A stretch of 64,000 bases of DNA from assembly GCA_963675525.2 (NCBI GenBank), contig CAXXSL010000013.1, positions 480,001 to 544,000 of the forward strand. Reading direction: 5' to 3'. Below the pieces are notes generated by a model. That model was not told the origin of the DNA. It saw only the letters and a list, made by a program, of their open reading frames with translations, and ran no database searches. The DNA is from Anaerohalosphaeraceae bacterium (GTDB lineage: Bacteria > Planctomycetota > Phycisphaerae > Sedimentisphaerales > Anaerohalosphaeraceae). The position numbers and the translations under genes are program-made. This document shows positions 17,318 through 28,329 of this stretch, piece by piece. Each line of letters starts with the position of its first letter. Positions within the stretch are counted from its first letter, which is position 1.

Positions 17318-17458
17318 TTAACCACAAAGAACATGAAGAGCACGAAGATTTTTTTAGACAGGATTAACAGGATAAAAACAGGAAAGTGAAAATAGATTGA
17401 TTCATAAGCATAGAATGTGCAAGGTATTACAAAAAAGGGGTCTGACCCCTTTTAATTC
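17318..17458 (+). repeat. Composite direct repeat, copy 2, ending in palindrome AAAAGGGGTCTGACCCCTTTT
   Basis: Aligns with 15879-16029. Confidence 0.85.
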
Positions 17459-17460
17459 TC

Positions 17461-17700
17461 TCTGACGGGCGAGGCTAGAACATATCGCCCTTCGGGCTTA
17501 TGCATGCCCACGCAAGCGTGGGCATGGCACCCGGCTTGGTCAATATGGAATGGTGTTGTCTGTCGTCAAGTATGCGTTCCCTGTGCTGGTGCTTCGGGCT
17601 TTTGTAGAATTTTTCTGTTTAAATAGATTCTTCGCCTGCGGCCCAGAATGACGGGCTGTGGGGGTGAGGCTAGAACATGACGTCTGCTGTGCAGACTTAT
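17461..17700 (-). repeat. Repeat cluster: two partial three-hairpin REP copies, a CATGCCCACGCAAGCGTGGGCATGGCACCC palindrome and a GATTCTTCG..AGAATGAC palindrome
   Basis: GAGGCTAGAACAT plus hairpin plus TTAT at 17471 and 17666; palindrome at 17503-17532; agattcttcgcctgcggcccagaatgac at 17625-17652. Confidence 0.75.
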
Positions 17701-17901
17701 TGATCGCCGGGATTGGAGGAATGCGATTCTATAAACCGGCTCCGAGACCGGGACGGCATCCGTGGGGCTTAAATGATTGTTTTTACAAGAAATCCGGGAT
17801 TTGCGGTTGCTATTTGAAAAAATGCAATTAGGCTTTAGTGGTATCAGGCATTTGCCGAAGTACTCTTAGAGAGATTAAAACGCAACACAAGGAATAATTA
17901 T

Positions 17902-18858
17902 ATGGATTCATTGAAACGAGCCAAGCTGGCCTCCCAGCTATTCACACGGTTTGAAGGCAATCCCATCCTGACGGCGCATAACTGGCCGTATCCGATCAAT
18001 TCAGTATTCAATCCCGGGGCAATTCGCACCAACGGCGAGGTGCTGCTCTTGAACCGTGTGGAAGACATGCGGGGATTCAGCCATTTGACGGTTGCCCGGA
18101 GCAAGGACGGGCTGACCGACTGGCAGATCGACCCGGAACCAACGATGGAAGCCGATCAAATCAGTAATGAGGAACGCTGGGGGCTGGAAGACCCGCGTAT
18201 TGTCTGGCTCGAAGAGCAGAAACAATACGCGATCACCTATGTATCGTTCGGTGCCGGCGGGCCGGTGGTTTCGCTGGCGATCACACGCAATTTCAAGACA
18301 TTTGCCCGGTTGGGCGGATTATTGCCGCCGGAAGATAAGGACGCGTGTTTGTTTCCGCGGCGGTTTAACGGGCGGTTTGCCCTGATCCATCGGCCTATCG
18401 TGCGGGGCGAAGCGCATATCTGGATCAGCATGTCGCCGGATTTGAAACACTGGGGAGACCATCGGGTGCTGCTGAAAACCCGGTATGCTCACTGGGATGG
18501 AGCGCGCATCGGGCTGGGCTGTCAGCCGATCGAGATTCCCGAAGGCTGGCTGCTGATCTATCACGGAGTGCGGCATACGACGGCCGGTCAGATCTACCGT
18601 ACCGGCATCGCTCTGCTGGACAAGGAAGAACCGTGGCGGGTACTGCGGCGCGGCGAAGAATGGATATTCGGGCCTTCGTCTGATTACGAACGCATCGGCG
18701 ACGTCAGCGATGTGACATTTGTCACCGGCGGCGTGGTCATGCCGGATAATCAACTCTATATATATTACGGCGCCGCCGACGATAAGGTCGCCGTCGCCAT
18801 GGCCGACATGGATAAGGTGCGGGAATACATCATGATGTGCCCGGAAGTGAACGAATAA
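17902..18858 (+). CDS. GH130-family glycoside phosphorylase/glycosidase
   Basis: FEGNPIL, VFNPGA, RVED, GLEDPRI, EDKDACLFP, ALIHRP, WLLIYHGV and IYYGAAD. Confidence 0.9.
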   Translation: MDSLKRAKLASQLFTRFEGNPILTAHNWPYPINSVFNPGAIRTNGEVLLLNRVEDMRGFSHLTVARSKDGLTDWQIDPEPTMEADQISNEERWGLEDPRIVWLEEQKQYAITYVSFGAGGPVVSLAITRNFKTFARLGGLLPPEDKDACLFPRRFNGRFALIHRPIVRGEAHIWISMSPDLKHWGDHRVLLKTRYAHWDGARIGLGCQPIEIPEGWLLIYHGVRHTTAGQIYRTGIALLDKEEPWRVLRRGEEWIFGPSSDYERIGDVSDVTFVTGGVVMPDNQLYIYYGAADDKVAVAMADMDKVREYIMMCPEVNE

Positions 18859-18878
18859 ACGTAAATCCTGGAACACTT

Positions 18879-18912
18879 AAAAGCTCTGCGGATTCCGGGC
18901 AGGGCTTTTTTT
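18879..18912 (+). terminator. Rho-independent terminator between convergent genes
   Basis: AAAGCTCTGC...GCAGGGCTTT followed by a T-run. Confidence 0.6.
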
Positions 18913-18929
18913 GTCGCCCTTTTCAGCGA

Positions 18930-19271
18930 TCAGTTCTTTGTCGGCATCTCGGGCTGAAGAGGCTGGGGGCCTTCAGTCTGGAGGGTATCGACCTTTTCCG
19001 TCAAAATGTCGATCTTTTTCTCGATGGCGGCCAGCTTCTCAAGGACCTGCTGGTCGTTAAAGTTCATCATGGAAAGGTTCTGCTGGACCACCGCCAGGTA
19101 CTGGGTTGACAGCTTTTCGTACGCCTCCACCATCCGCGCCATGTCACTTTTGTATTCCCCGGTCGTATAGACGTCGACGTTTCTTTCGGCGGCATCGGAC
19201 CGGACCATCCACAACGCCAGAACGACCGCAGACACAATAACAAGGATTTTATATTTTCGAATGATCTGCAC
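18930..19271 (-). CDS. Hypothetical membrane-anchored coiled-coil protein
   Basis: N-terminal hydrophobic segment and heptad-like LAAIEKKIDILTEKVDTL; GTG start after RBS AGGAGG. Confidence 0.7.
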   Translation of the reverse strand: MQIIRKYKILVIVSAVVLALWMVRSDAAERNVDVYTTGEYKSDMARMVEAYEKLSTQYLAVVQQNLSMMNFNDQQVLEKLAAIEKKIDILTEKVDTLQTEGPQPLQPEMPTKN

Positions 19272-19467
19272 TGTGCTTATCCTCCTGAAAAGGTTTTCCA
19301 TTTTGTTTGACCATCGGTAATTATAGCGTACCGCCGGACAATAGACAACTGTTTATCGCTTCGGCGGCAGGAAAGTTTTATGGGCGCTTTCAGGCTTTGG
19401 GATTGAATAAAACCGGCGTTTGTGGTAAAAAGCCCGCATTGAGGTTCTTTTAGGGTAAAGGCTTTCC

Positions 19468-22400
19468 ATGGAAGGTGTTCAATTCATTCTCGGCAGGAGC
19501 GGGTCCGGCAAGACGCGATGGTGCATCGACGCGATCTGCGATGCGCTGCAGTCCGGCGGCAGCGATCCGCTGATCCTGCTGGTGCCGGAGCAGGCCACCT
19601 ACCAGGCCGAGCGGGCGATCCTGTCGCACCCGCATATCGCGGGGTTTTCCCGGCTTCGCATTTTATCGTTCAACCGCCTCCAGTTCTGGCTGGATTCGTC
19701 AGCAGCGGCGGAAATCTCGCACATCGGCAAGCAGATGGTTCTGCAGAAGATCCTGCTGGAATCGGCCGAGGCCCTGCGTCTTTACGGCGGCCCGCAGCAG
19801 CGAAGCGGACTGGCCCGGAAATTGTCGGCCCTGCTGGAACAGTTCCAGCAGAACAACTGTACGCTTGAGCAGGTTCAGGCCCTGACAAAAACATTAGCCG
19901 CACAAGACGGCCGCCAAATGGCCGCGGCCAAGTGGGCGGATCTGGCCCTGCTGTTTGAAAAATATCTGCAATTCTTCGACAATCCGGAATGCGAATTAGC
20001 CAACCCGGATATCCGTCTGCAAAAGGCCGCGCAAAAGGTGCCGCAGGCAAGCTTTCTAAACGGGGCAACGCTGTGGGTGGACGGTTTTTCCGGATTCAGC
20101 GTTCAGGAGCGGGATGTGTTGATCGAACTGCTGAAGGTCTGCAAAACTGCCCACATCGCACTGTGCCTGGACCCGAAAGCCATCGACCTGACCAATACGG
20201 ATGAGCAAATGCTCGACCCGTTCAGCCTGTTTCAGGCGACCGAACAGACCTATACGGACTTACTGCGAATCATTAAGGCCTGTAAATTTCCCGACAAAAA
20301 ACCGATCATCCTGGACAAGCCGTTGCGGTTTAAGGATGCCCCCCCGCTGGCGTTTCTGGAAGCGAATCTGTTCGACCTGACGGCGGCCGGTACCGCCAAA
20401 GGCGCCGACTGCATTCATATCGCCGCCTGCGGCAATGTGCGCACCGAAGCGATCTGGACGGCTCGCACGATCCGCCGGCTGGTTAAGGACGGCCGGATAC
20501 GGTATCGGGATATCGCGGTCGTCGTGCCGGACATCAACAGCTATGCCCACTACATCGAGTCGGCGTTTTCCCAATACGGACTGCCGTACTTTTTGGACCG
20601 GCCCCGGACGATGAAGACGCACCCGCTGGCGGCATTGATCGGGGCGGCGCTGCAGGCGGCCCAGAACGGATTTGCACTGGGCGATGTGCTGAGCTTTTTG
20701 AAGTCCGACCTGAACCCCATCGACTCGCGCACCGTCGATGTGCTGGAGAACTACTGCCGGGCGTTTGACGTGCAGAACAGCGAATGGACACAGAAGGACG
20801 CCTGGGACTTTGCCTCGGATGAGGATAAAAAACGATACGACGAAAAACAGCTCGACGCTTTGAGGCGAACGGCCATCGGCCCCCTGCAGAAGTCTTCAAA
20901 GGACTCTGGCCGGAGGCGAGATCACCTGCGGACAGTTCACCCGGGGGCTCTGGCAACTGCTGGAGGAATTGCAGGTTTGCCAAACGCTCGCTGCGTGGTC
21001 GGCCGAAGACACCTCCGACCAGCAGTTCGGCCATCGGCAGTTGTTCGGCAGGCTCGTCGAGCTGCTGGATGAAATGGGGGCGGTCTTCGGCGGGCGGAAA
21101 ATGCCCACAGCCGTTTGGAGTTCGATCTTTTCCGATGCGCTGTCAACCCTGACCATTAAGCTGATTCCGCCGACGCTGGATCAGGTGCTTGTCGGCTCCA
21201 TCGAACGCAGCCGGCATCCGGATATCAAGGCGATCTTTCTGGTGGGCGCCACGCAAAAGCAGTTTCCGGTACCCATACCGCAGGAGGACCTGCTGGGCGA
21301 GGAGGATTACCGGCTTGCTGAGAGCTTTGAGCTTGAGCTGAACGATCCCTGCCGGACACAGATGGTGAACCGCCAGTACCTGACCTATATCGCGCTGACG
21401 CGGGCGGCGCAGAAGCTGTTTATCTCATACCCGATGCTGGATGAAAAAGGAACGCCAATCGTGCCGTGGAGCGGGATCGAGCAGTTGCTGGCGGCTTTTG
21501 ACGATATTGAACTGAGCTACCCGCAGGGGCTGAGCGATACGCCTGAGACAATCGAAACTGAATCGGAGCTGGCGCAATGGCTGTGTGCGTCAATGGGAAA
21601 GGATCGGACAACAGGCAGGAATGAAGAAATTGCAGCGGGGATATTGGAACGGATGCGGCAACGCGGCAATGCCTCGCTGGAGGAAATGTCGCGGCATGTA
21701 AACGGTGCTTTGGACTATGACAATGCCGCGGCGCTGGATGTGGAACTGACAGGGGCGATATACAGTACGCCGATAAGGACTTCGGTCACACGATTGGGGA
21801 CATTCGCGGCGTGTCCATATCAGTATTTTGCCAAGTATGTGCTCCGGCTGGAAAAACGCAAGCTGCTGCGGTTTGAGCCGATGGATATCGGTACGTTCTA
21901 TCATGCGGTGCTGGAAAACCTGTTCGGCGCCCTGCATGAACAGAACAAAGACTGGGCCGATGTGCCGGAAGAAGAACTGCTGGCGTTATGCGATGCAACT
22001 ATCGGGAAGTTTTTGAAGACCGATGTGCATATCGCCAACTTTATCCGCCGCAATGCGCATCACAAGTACATTATCGACGCGGCGGGACAAACACTGAAAG
22101 ACTTTATACCGACGCTGGCCCAACTGAGCGCAGCCGGGGTCTTTAAGCAAACCGAAGCGGAACTTGAATTTGGCCCCAGCAAAGAGGTGGAACTTACAAT
22201 TAAAAGGGGTCAGACCCCTTTAATTTCATTTGCCGGAAAGATCGACCGGTTGGATGTCGCTGAGATTGACGGAAAACCGGCCGGAGTTGTCTTTGACTTT
22301 AAACGTACACCCCGCACAGCCAACTTCGCCAAAATGCTTTATGGGCTGGACCTGCAATTGCCGGTGTATTTGCTGGCCATTCAACAAAAAAGGGGTCTGA

Positions 22401-22867
22401 CCCCTTTAATTCCGGTGGGGGCGTTTTATTTGCCGATCGAGGGCGGGATCGAGTCGAAAAGCCTTTCACAACTGGGGCAGGAATCCGTGAAACTCAATAA
22501 GGCCAAGGGCCTGTTTGATGGTCGGTTTGCCGAAAGCCTCGATACGACGGCGGGCGGCGGATGGAACCGGTATTATAATTTCTTTATTTCGAAAGACGGG
22601 CCGTATGGTCATTATGGCAAAAGCGGCGCATTGAAGCCGGAGGACTTTACAGCCCTGCTGAACTACACCGTCGAATGTGTGTGCAAATTAGCGGGCCACC
22701 TTTCCGGCGGCACCATCAACATCACCCCCTACCGCCTCGGCAAGGCCTCGCCGTGCAGTTGGTGCGACTACCGACCCCTCTGCCGCTTCGACTGGCAGGT
22801 CAATGAGTACAATATCCTTGAAAGCTGTGGGAAAGAACAAGCTCTTGAAAAAATGAAGGAGTTTTGA
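19468..22867 (+). CDS. addB: ATP-dependent helicase/nuclease subunit B (AddB); one apparent +1 frameshift near 20893
   Basis: GRSGSGKT, LVPEQ, DGFSGF, YRDIAV, YIALTRA, Fe-S cysteines CPYQYF...CSWCDYRPLC and nuclease motif GKIDRLD..DFK; ORFs 19468-21072 and 20969-22867 join by removing one base. Confidence 0.9.
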
Positions 22868-22890
22868 TAAACAAAAAGGAAGGCAAGAAC

Positions 22891-23382
22891 ATGGAAAATA
22901 ATACCGTAATTAAAATAACAGATCTAATTGAAAATTTTCGTCAAGCATTGGTTAGCATGGTACCTTGTATAGAAAAAATTAATCTTTCTTGGACAGGAAA
23001 TGAAACGTACGACCAATGGGACCATATAACAAGCGTACTATATGAAAATCTCGTTAAATTTCCCGTTTCTTGGGGCTTAATAGAAGAACAGGAATTGAAG
23101 CTCGAAATCCCAGATTATGATATGTCATACGAAGATTATAGTGGTTTCAGTTTTATTGCGCTTCTTCCGGAAAGACATGTTGAATCTGCGTATTACGTAT
23201 TTCATAGTTTCGTCACTCGAAAAAAGGCTTTCGATACAGTTAGAATTATTAAAATTGACGATAACGAAAAAAGGTCAGACGGGATATTTGTCGAAATTCC
23301 TTGTGTAAATTCAAAATTTATCTTCTGTTATCAAAAGTCAGAAGGAAATATGGATGTTTATAAAGAGATTTCGATTAAATAA
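22891..23382 (+). CDS. Hypothetical protein (AT-rich accessory gene between addB and addA)
   Basis: 163-aa ORF from ATG at 22891 with no recognisable motif. Confidence 0.65.
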   Translation: MENNTVIKITDLIENFRQALVSMVPCIEKINLSWTGNETYDQWDHITSVLYENLVKFPVSWGLIEEQELKLEIPDYDMSYEDYSGFSFIALLPERHVESAYYVFHSFVTRKKAFDTVRIIKIDDNEKRSDGIFVEIPCVNSKFIFCYQKSEGNMDVYKEISIK

Positions 23383-23401
23383 AATGAGATTAATTTAAGA
23401 T

Positions 23402-23597
23402 CAGGGCCGAAGGCCCGGAAGTGATTTAGCCGGAGGCGTGAGCCTACGGGAAGAGGGTATGCCCCTCTCATTATAAGAAGCCGCGAAGCGGCGAAAGAAA
23501 CGTAAAGACTGTCGCCCCATCGGGGCTTAGAAGATGATGACCCCAGTACCGGGGGTTGGCACCCCCCGGCTAAGTGACTTTTGTCCCTTCGGGACTT
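23402..23597. repeat. Inverted pair of three-hairpin REP-like elements (REPIN/BIME-like doublet)
   Basis: Plus unit AGGGCCGAAGGCCC..TTTAGCCGGAGGCGTGAGCCTACGG..AGCCGCGAAGCGGCGA; the minus unit at 23509-23597 is very similar to 16053-16144. Confidence 0.85.
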
Positions 23598-23644
23598 GGG
23601 AAACTCGTTTATTAAAATGAAACGCAAAAGATAAGGAGAAGAAA

Positions 23645-24043
23645 ATGAAAAAATGTTTATTAGTAATCATTATAATATTGAGCATTTTAACCGGTTGTTC
23701 AGAAAATCCGTCTCAGGAAGAAAATGATGCTCAGGTATTTCCTTATCCGAAAACACCCGCCGACATTCAAGCAGACGACACCTATAAGCTCTATTACACA
23801 GGGGAAAAAAGCGGTGTTCAATATTACTTAAAAGAAATCGGCAACGAAGAATTGGAACAATATTCAGACGATGACCCGGTACATGATACGGTCCTTTCCG
23901 GCGAAGAAAAATCCTGGGTCTTTGTGCCGGTCAAGGATGGAAAAATTGTCGAATATGGTACTGAACACCTTGGAGATGTCATCGCAATCACGATGAAAAT
24001 CGGCTATGGTGATAATATAACCCAACCAAAGCAACAACAATAG
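23645..24043 (+). CDS. Hypothetical lipoprotein
   Basis: MKK plus hydrophobic stretch plus lipobox LTGC; RBS AAGGAG. Confidence 0.75.
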   Translation: MKKCLLVIIIILSILTGCSENPSQEENDAQVFPYPKTPADIQADDTYKLYYTGEKSGVQYYLKEIGNEELEQYSDDDPVHDTVLSGEEKSWVFVPVKDGKIVEYGTEHLGDVIAITMKIGYGDNITQPKQQQ

Positions 24044-24071
24044 CTATTCATGAAGCGGTTTATAATAAATA

Positions 24072-27000
24072 ATGAACTGGACAAAAGCACAACAACAAGC
24101 GATTGAAACAACCGGTCGGGATGTTTTAGTCACCGCTTCGGCGGGGACGGGCAAGACGGCGGTTCTGTCGCATCGGGTGGTGGAGCGGATTTGCGATCCT
24201 GCTGACGGTGCGCAGGCGGACAGTCTGCTGGTGCTGACGTTTACCGATGCGGCGGCTGAGGAGATGCGCAGCCGGATCGCTGAGACGTTGCGAAATCGGT
24301 TTGCCGCAGAACGCAATGCGTCTCTGCGCCAGCAACTTCTCTTGCTGGACCGGTCGTACATCAGCACGATCCATGCGTTCTGTAAGCGCATTTTGACGGA
24401 GTTCTTTTATCTTATCGACATGGACCCGACGTTCGGCATTCTGGACGCCGACGAACAGCGGCTCCTGAAAACCGAACTGCTGGACAAAACCCTGCAACAG
24501 GCGTGGGAGGACGAATCGCGGCACGCAGGGACTGGAAACGTTGTTCGAAGGCCGGCGCATTCAGCCCGGCACGGGCAGCTTTGTCGACCGCATCATCCCG
24601 CTAAGCGAGTTTCTCGACAGCGTCGTCAGCCGGGATGCGTTTTACCTGCGGGCGGCAGCGCTGAATGACATGCAGGCAGAGGCTTATGGCGAACTGCTGG
24701 CCTGCCAAAAAAATATCCTGCTGGACAAGCTGGCTCAGTGCCGGTCGCGGCTGGAGTTTGCACTGGCACTGGATGCGCAGCTTTGCGGCAGCCAGTACGC
24801 CACCGACCATATCCACGAGGAGATCTTTCCGGCAATCGTACGATGTGCGGAATTTTTGAAAAAAGACCAGTTCTCCGACTGCGCTGTTCTGTTGAGAGAA
24901 TTAACGTTTGGTCAACTGCGAAAGAAAAAAAGTGTTGAGCTAACCGCCGCCGAACAGGCCCTGATCAAAGGCCCTGTGGACAAGGTCAAGGGCGAGCTGA
25001 AAACGCTGATCGACTTCGCCCTGCTGAATGCGGACTACGAGCAATTCGTGGGCACACAGGTGGGCCTGCAAACAACGGTGCTGATGGACCTGCTGGGGCG
25101 GTTTGATGCAAACTACCGGCTCGCCAAGCAAAGCCGCAACGTGCTGGACTTTGCCGACCTGGAACATGGGATGCTGAAACTGTTGGATGCATATCCGGCG
25201 GTCGCGCAGAAGCTGAAAGAACGCTTCGATTATCTCTTCGTCGATGAGTACCAGGACATCAACGCCGTCCAGCAGCGCATCATCGAGAGCCTCAGCCGGG
25301 ACGATAATGTGTTTGTGGTCGGCGACATCAAGCAGAGCATCTACGGCTTCCGGCAGAGCAAGCCGGATATCTTCCTGCGGCGACTGCAAACGGCAGAATC
25401 ATTAGAATTCACCCCTTCCATTATTGAGGGTGGCACCGCTTCCGGCGCAGCCGAAGCGGTGGGCAATCGCCCAAAACCATGCCTTTCGCCTTCGGCGAGA
25501 AGACATGCCACCCAAAAAGATAAGCAAAAAAGGTGTCTGACCCCTTTAATTCCGGCTTTAATTCCGGCGGGACGAGTGGATCTGCAGGAAAACTTCCGGT
25601 GCCGGGGCGAGATCGTCGACTTTGTCAACGCCCTGTTCGCAACGGTGATGACGACCGCCGTGGCGGATATGGACTATGATGAAAAAGCGAAGCTGAAAAG
25701 CAGATTTGACTACCCGCCTTTTGCGGCCGATGGCGGGCCGGATTGTCCGGTCGAACTGACTCTGCTGGATGAAGACAGCACCGCAGACGACACGCAAGAC
25801 GACGAGAAAGAATCCGGGATCACCGAAAGCATCTCGGCCGTCCAGCGGCAGGCAGCCTTCATCGCACAGCGCATCCGGCAGATCGTCGGCGACGAGACGG
25901 GCAAGCCGGAATTCCAGATTTACGACAAAAAAACCAATGCGTTTCGTGATGTGCAGTACCGCGACATCGTCATCCTGATGCGCTCGCTGTCGCACAAGGC
26001 GCAGGATTACGTCGAAATGCTCCGGCTGGCGGGCGTGCCGGTCAGCTCGCAAAGCGCGTGCGGGTATTTTGAGGCCACCGAGATCAGCGACTGTCTGTGT
26101 CTCTTAAAGGTGCTGGACAATGCCGACCGGGACATCGAACTGGCGGCCCTGCTGCGCGGTCCGATCTTTGGGGTCACCGATTCACAACTGGCGACAATCC
26201 GTCTTTATGCTGAAGAAAATTCTAAATCCGAAATTCTAAATCCGAAACAAATTCAAAATTCCAATACTACATGTTCAAAACAAAACATGCCGGCTGGAAG
26301 CCGGCGGTACGTAGTCAGTTTCTACCAGGCCATGCTGGCCTATGCCGACAGCGGCAAGAATAAACAGTTGCGGCAAACACTGAACGATATTTTATTCCAA
26401 CTCAATCAATGGCGGCGGCAGGTGCATCAGGATTCACTGGCGAATATGCTGGACGGCGTCTATCGCCAAAAGCGGCTTCTGTCATTCTACTCGGCGCTGC
26501 CCAACGGCGCCCAGCGGCGAGCCAATCTCTTGAAACTGCACGACCATGCCATCCAGTTCGAGCATTTTCGAACAACCGAGCCGGGGGCGGCCCTGACGCG
26601 GTTCGTGGAGTTTCTGGAAAAACTGGCTGCCGCCGAGCAGGACTGGGCCCCGGCCGAACCGGATAGCTCCGGCGAAAATGCCGTGCGGATCATGAGCGTG
26701 CATAAGAGCAAGGGCTTGGAGTTCCCGGTCGTGTTCGTCGCCGAGTTGAATACATCGTTCAACATGCGGGCGGCGGCCGGTCAGTGCCTGATCAACGAGG
26801 ATACCGTCGGTCTGCAGATCATTGACCGCGCTGCGCGGGGGTGGTTCCCGACGCTGGCCCATCAGGTCATCGCCGAACGGCAGAAAAAAGCCGACCTGGC
26901 CGAAGAAATGCGGATCCTGTACGTGGCCCTGACGCGGGCACGGGAAAAGCTGATCCTGACCGCAAGCAAAAAAGAAGACGCCTGCGTCAAAGTGCTTACC

Positions 27001-27978
27001 GAGAGCGCCGCGTTTGCCGACCGCATTGCCGACTGGCGGCTGAACGAAGTGCGCTGCCATCTGGACTGGGTGCTGATGGGCATGAGCCGCAACAACGAAC
27101 TGTGCCGGATGTTCGATCTGGACGGGGTTGATGGTCAACGGCTGTTTTGCGCCGGCCGCATCGGACGGGATGAACTGGACGGCATGACCCGCCGGATACT
27201 GGACGCCAAGCGTTCTCTGAAAAGCTATACGAACCCGCCGAAAGCCGGCTCCAAAGCCGACGGCAAGGCGAAGGCTGCCTTTGAGATGATCGGGCAAAAT
27301 CTGCTGTGGCAGTATCCGTTCGAGGAGATGACGCGACAAGCCGCCAAGCTTTCCGTCAGTGAGTTCACACACCGCGACGATGAGTTTTCAGGCATCGACC
27401 TGACGCGCGCCTTCGCGAAAAAGCCCGCCGGGCTATGCGACTCCGGCGAGAAATCTTCAGGGGCCGATGCACTGTCGCTTGGTTCGGCGGTGCATTTGAT
27501 CCTCGAACACATGGACCTGTCAAAACCGGTGGACGCGGGGGCGGTTGAAAAAACGATCACCCAATTGGCAAACGATGAGCGGTTAAGCCCGGCGATCATT
27601 AAACAGATCGATCCGGCTGCAATCCTGGCATTTTTCAATAGCGAGCTGGGGCAGATGGCTCAAGCCGCCGGAAAAACTGTTCTGCGGGAATGGCCGTTTA
27701 CCTATGCGTTGGCCGCAGGCGATATCGGCGAGGAAACGAAAGATGAGATCGTCGTCCTGCAGGGGATTGTGGATATGATCATCCCAACGGAAAAGGGGCT
27801 GGTGATCGTGGACTTCAAAACAGACCGCGTTACAGAAGAAACCGTCAACCAACGAGCCGAACAGTACACCGAACAACTTGGCGCCTATGCCCGCGCGGCC
27901 GGAGACATCCTCAAACAGCCGGTTCGGTCCGCCTGGCTGTATTTCCTGACACCTCAGAAGGCAATCCAAATAACGTAA
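24072..27978 (+). CDS. addA: ATP-dependent helicase/nuclease subunit A (AddA); one apparent frameshift near 24515-24526
   Basis: ASAGTGKT, TFTDAAA, STIHAFC, VDEYQD, VGDIKQSIYGFR, MSVHKSKGLEFP, RILYVALTRA and nuclease motif GIVD..DFKT. Confidence 0.9.
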
Positions 27979-27994
27979 CCCATTTTTAAAATTA

Positions 27995-28318
27995 ATGGCA
28001 GATGAAATGAAAATTTCAAAATATCCGATCTTCATAGCAGCCGCTATTCCAATCGCCGGATGGCTTGTCAGTATGCCGTACAACTGGTGGACAATGGGAG
28101 ACCCTTTTACGGCTTCCGGAGAATGGAATAATCTGCCGCTATGGATCGTGACGCTGCCCCTGAACCGTATCGCAGAAATACTTTTCGACAAAGCCTTGTT
28201 TCCGGATCATCCTTATAGCCTTATTCTGATCTATACCGCACTGTGTTCGATCATCTATGTGGTCATTGGGGCGGGCTTATCGATGTGCCTGCAATATACG
28301 ATCAAAAAGCTAAAGTAA
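27995..28318 (+). CDS. Hypothetical membrane protein
   Basis: 107-aa hydrophobic ORF directly after addA. Confidence 0.6.
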   Translation: MADEMKISKYPIFIAAAIPIAGWLVSMPYNWWTMGDPFTASGEWNNLPLWIVTLPLNRIAEILFDKALFPDHPYSLILIYTALCSIIYVVIGAGLSMCLQYTIKKLK

Positions 28319-28329
28319 TCAGGCAGAAC

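Noticed and set aside
26482..27372. Long antisense ORFs over GC-rich genes (e.g. 296 aa opposite addA, 266 aa opposite secA)
   Set aside because: These are shadow ORFs expected from codon bias and show no motifs.
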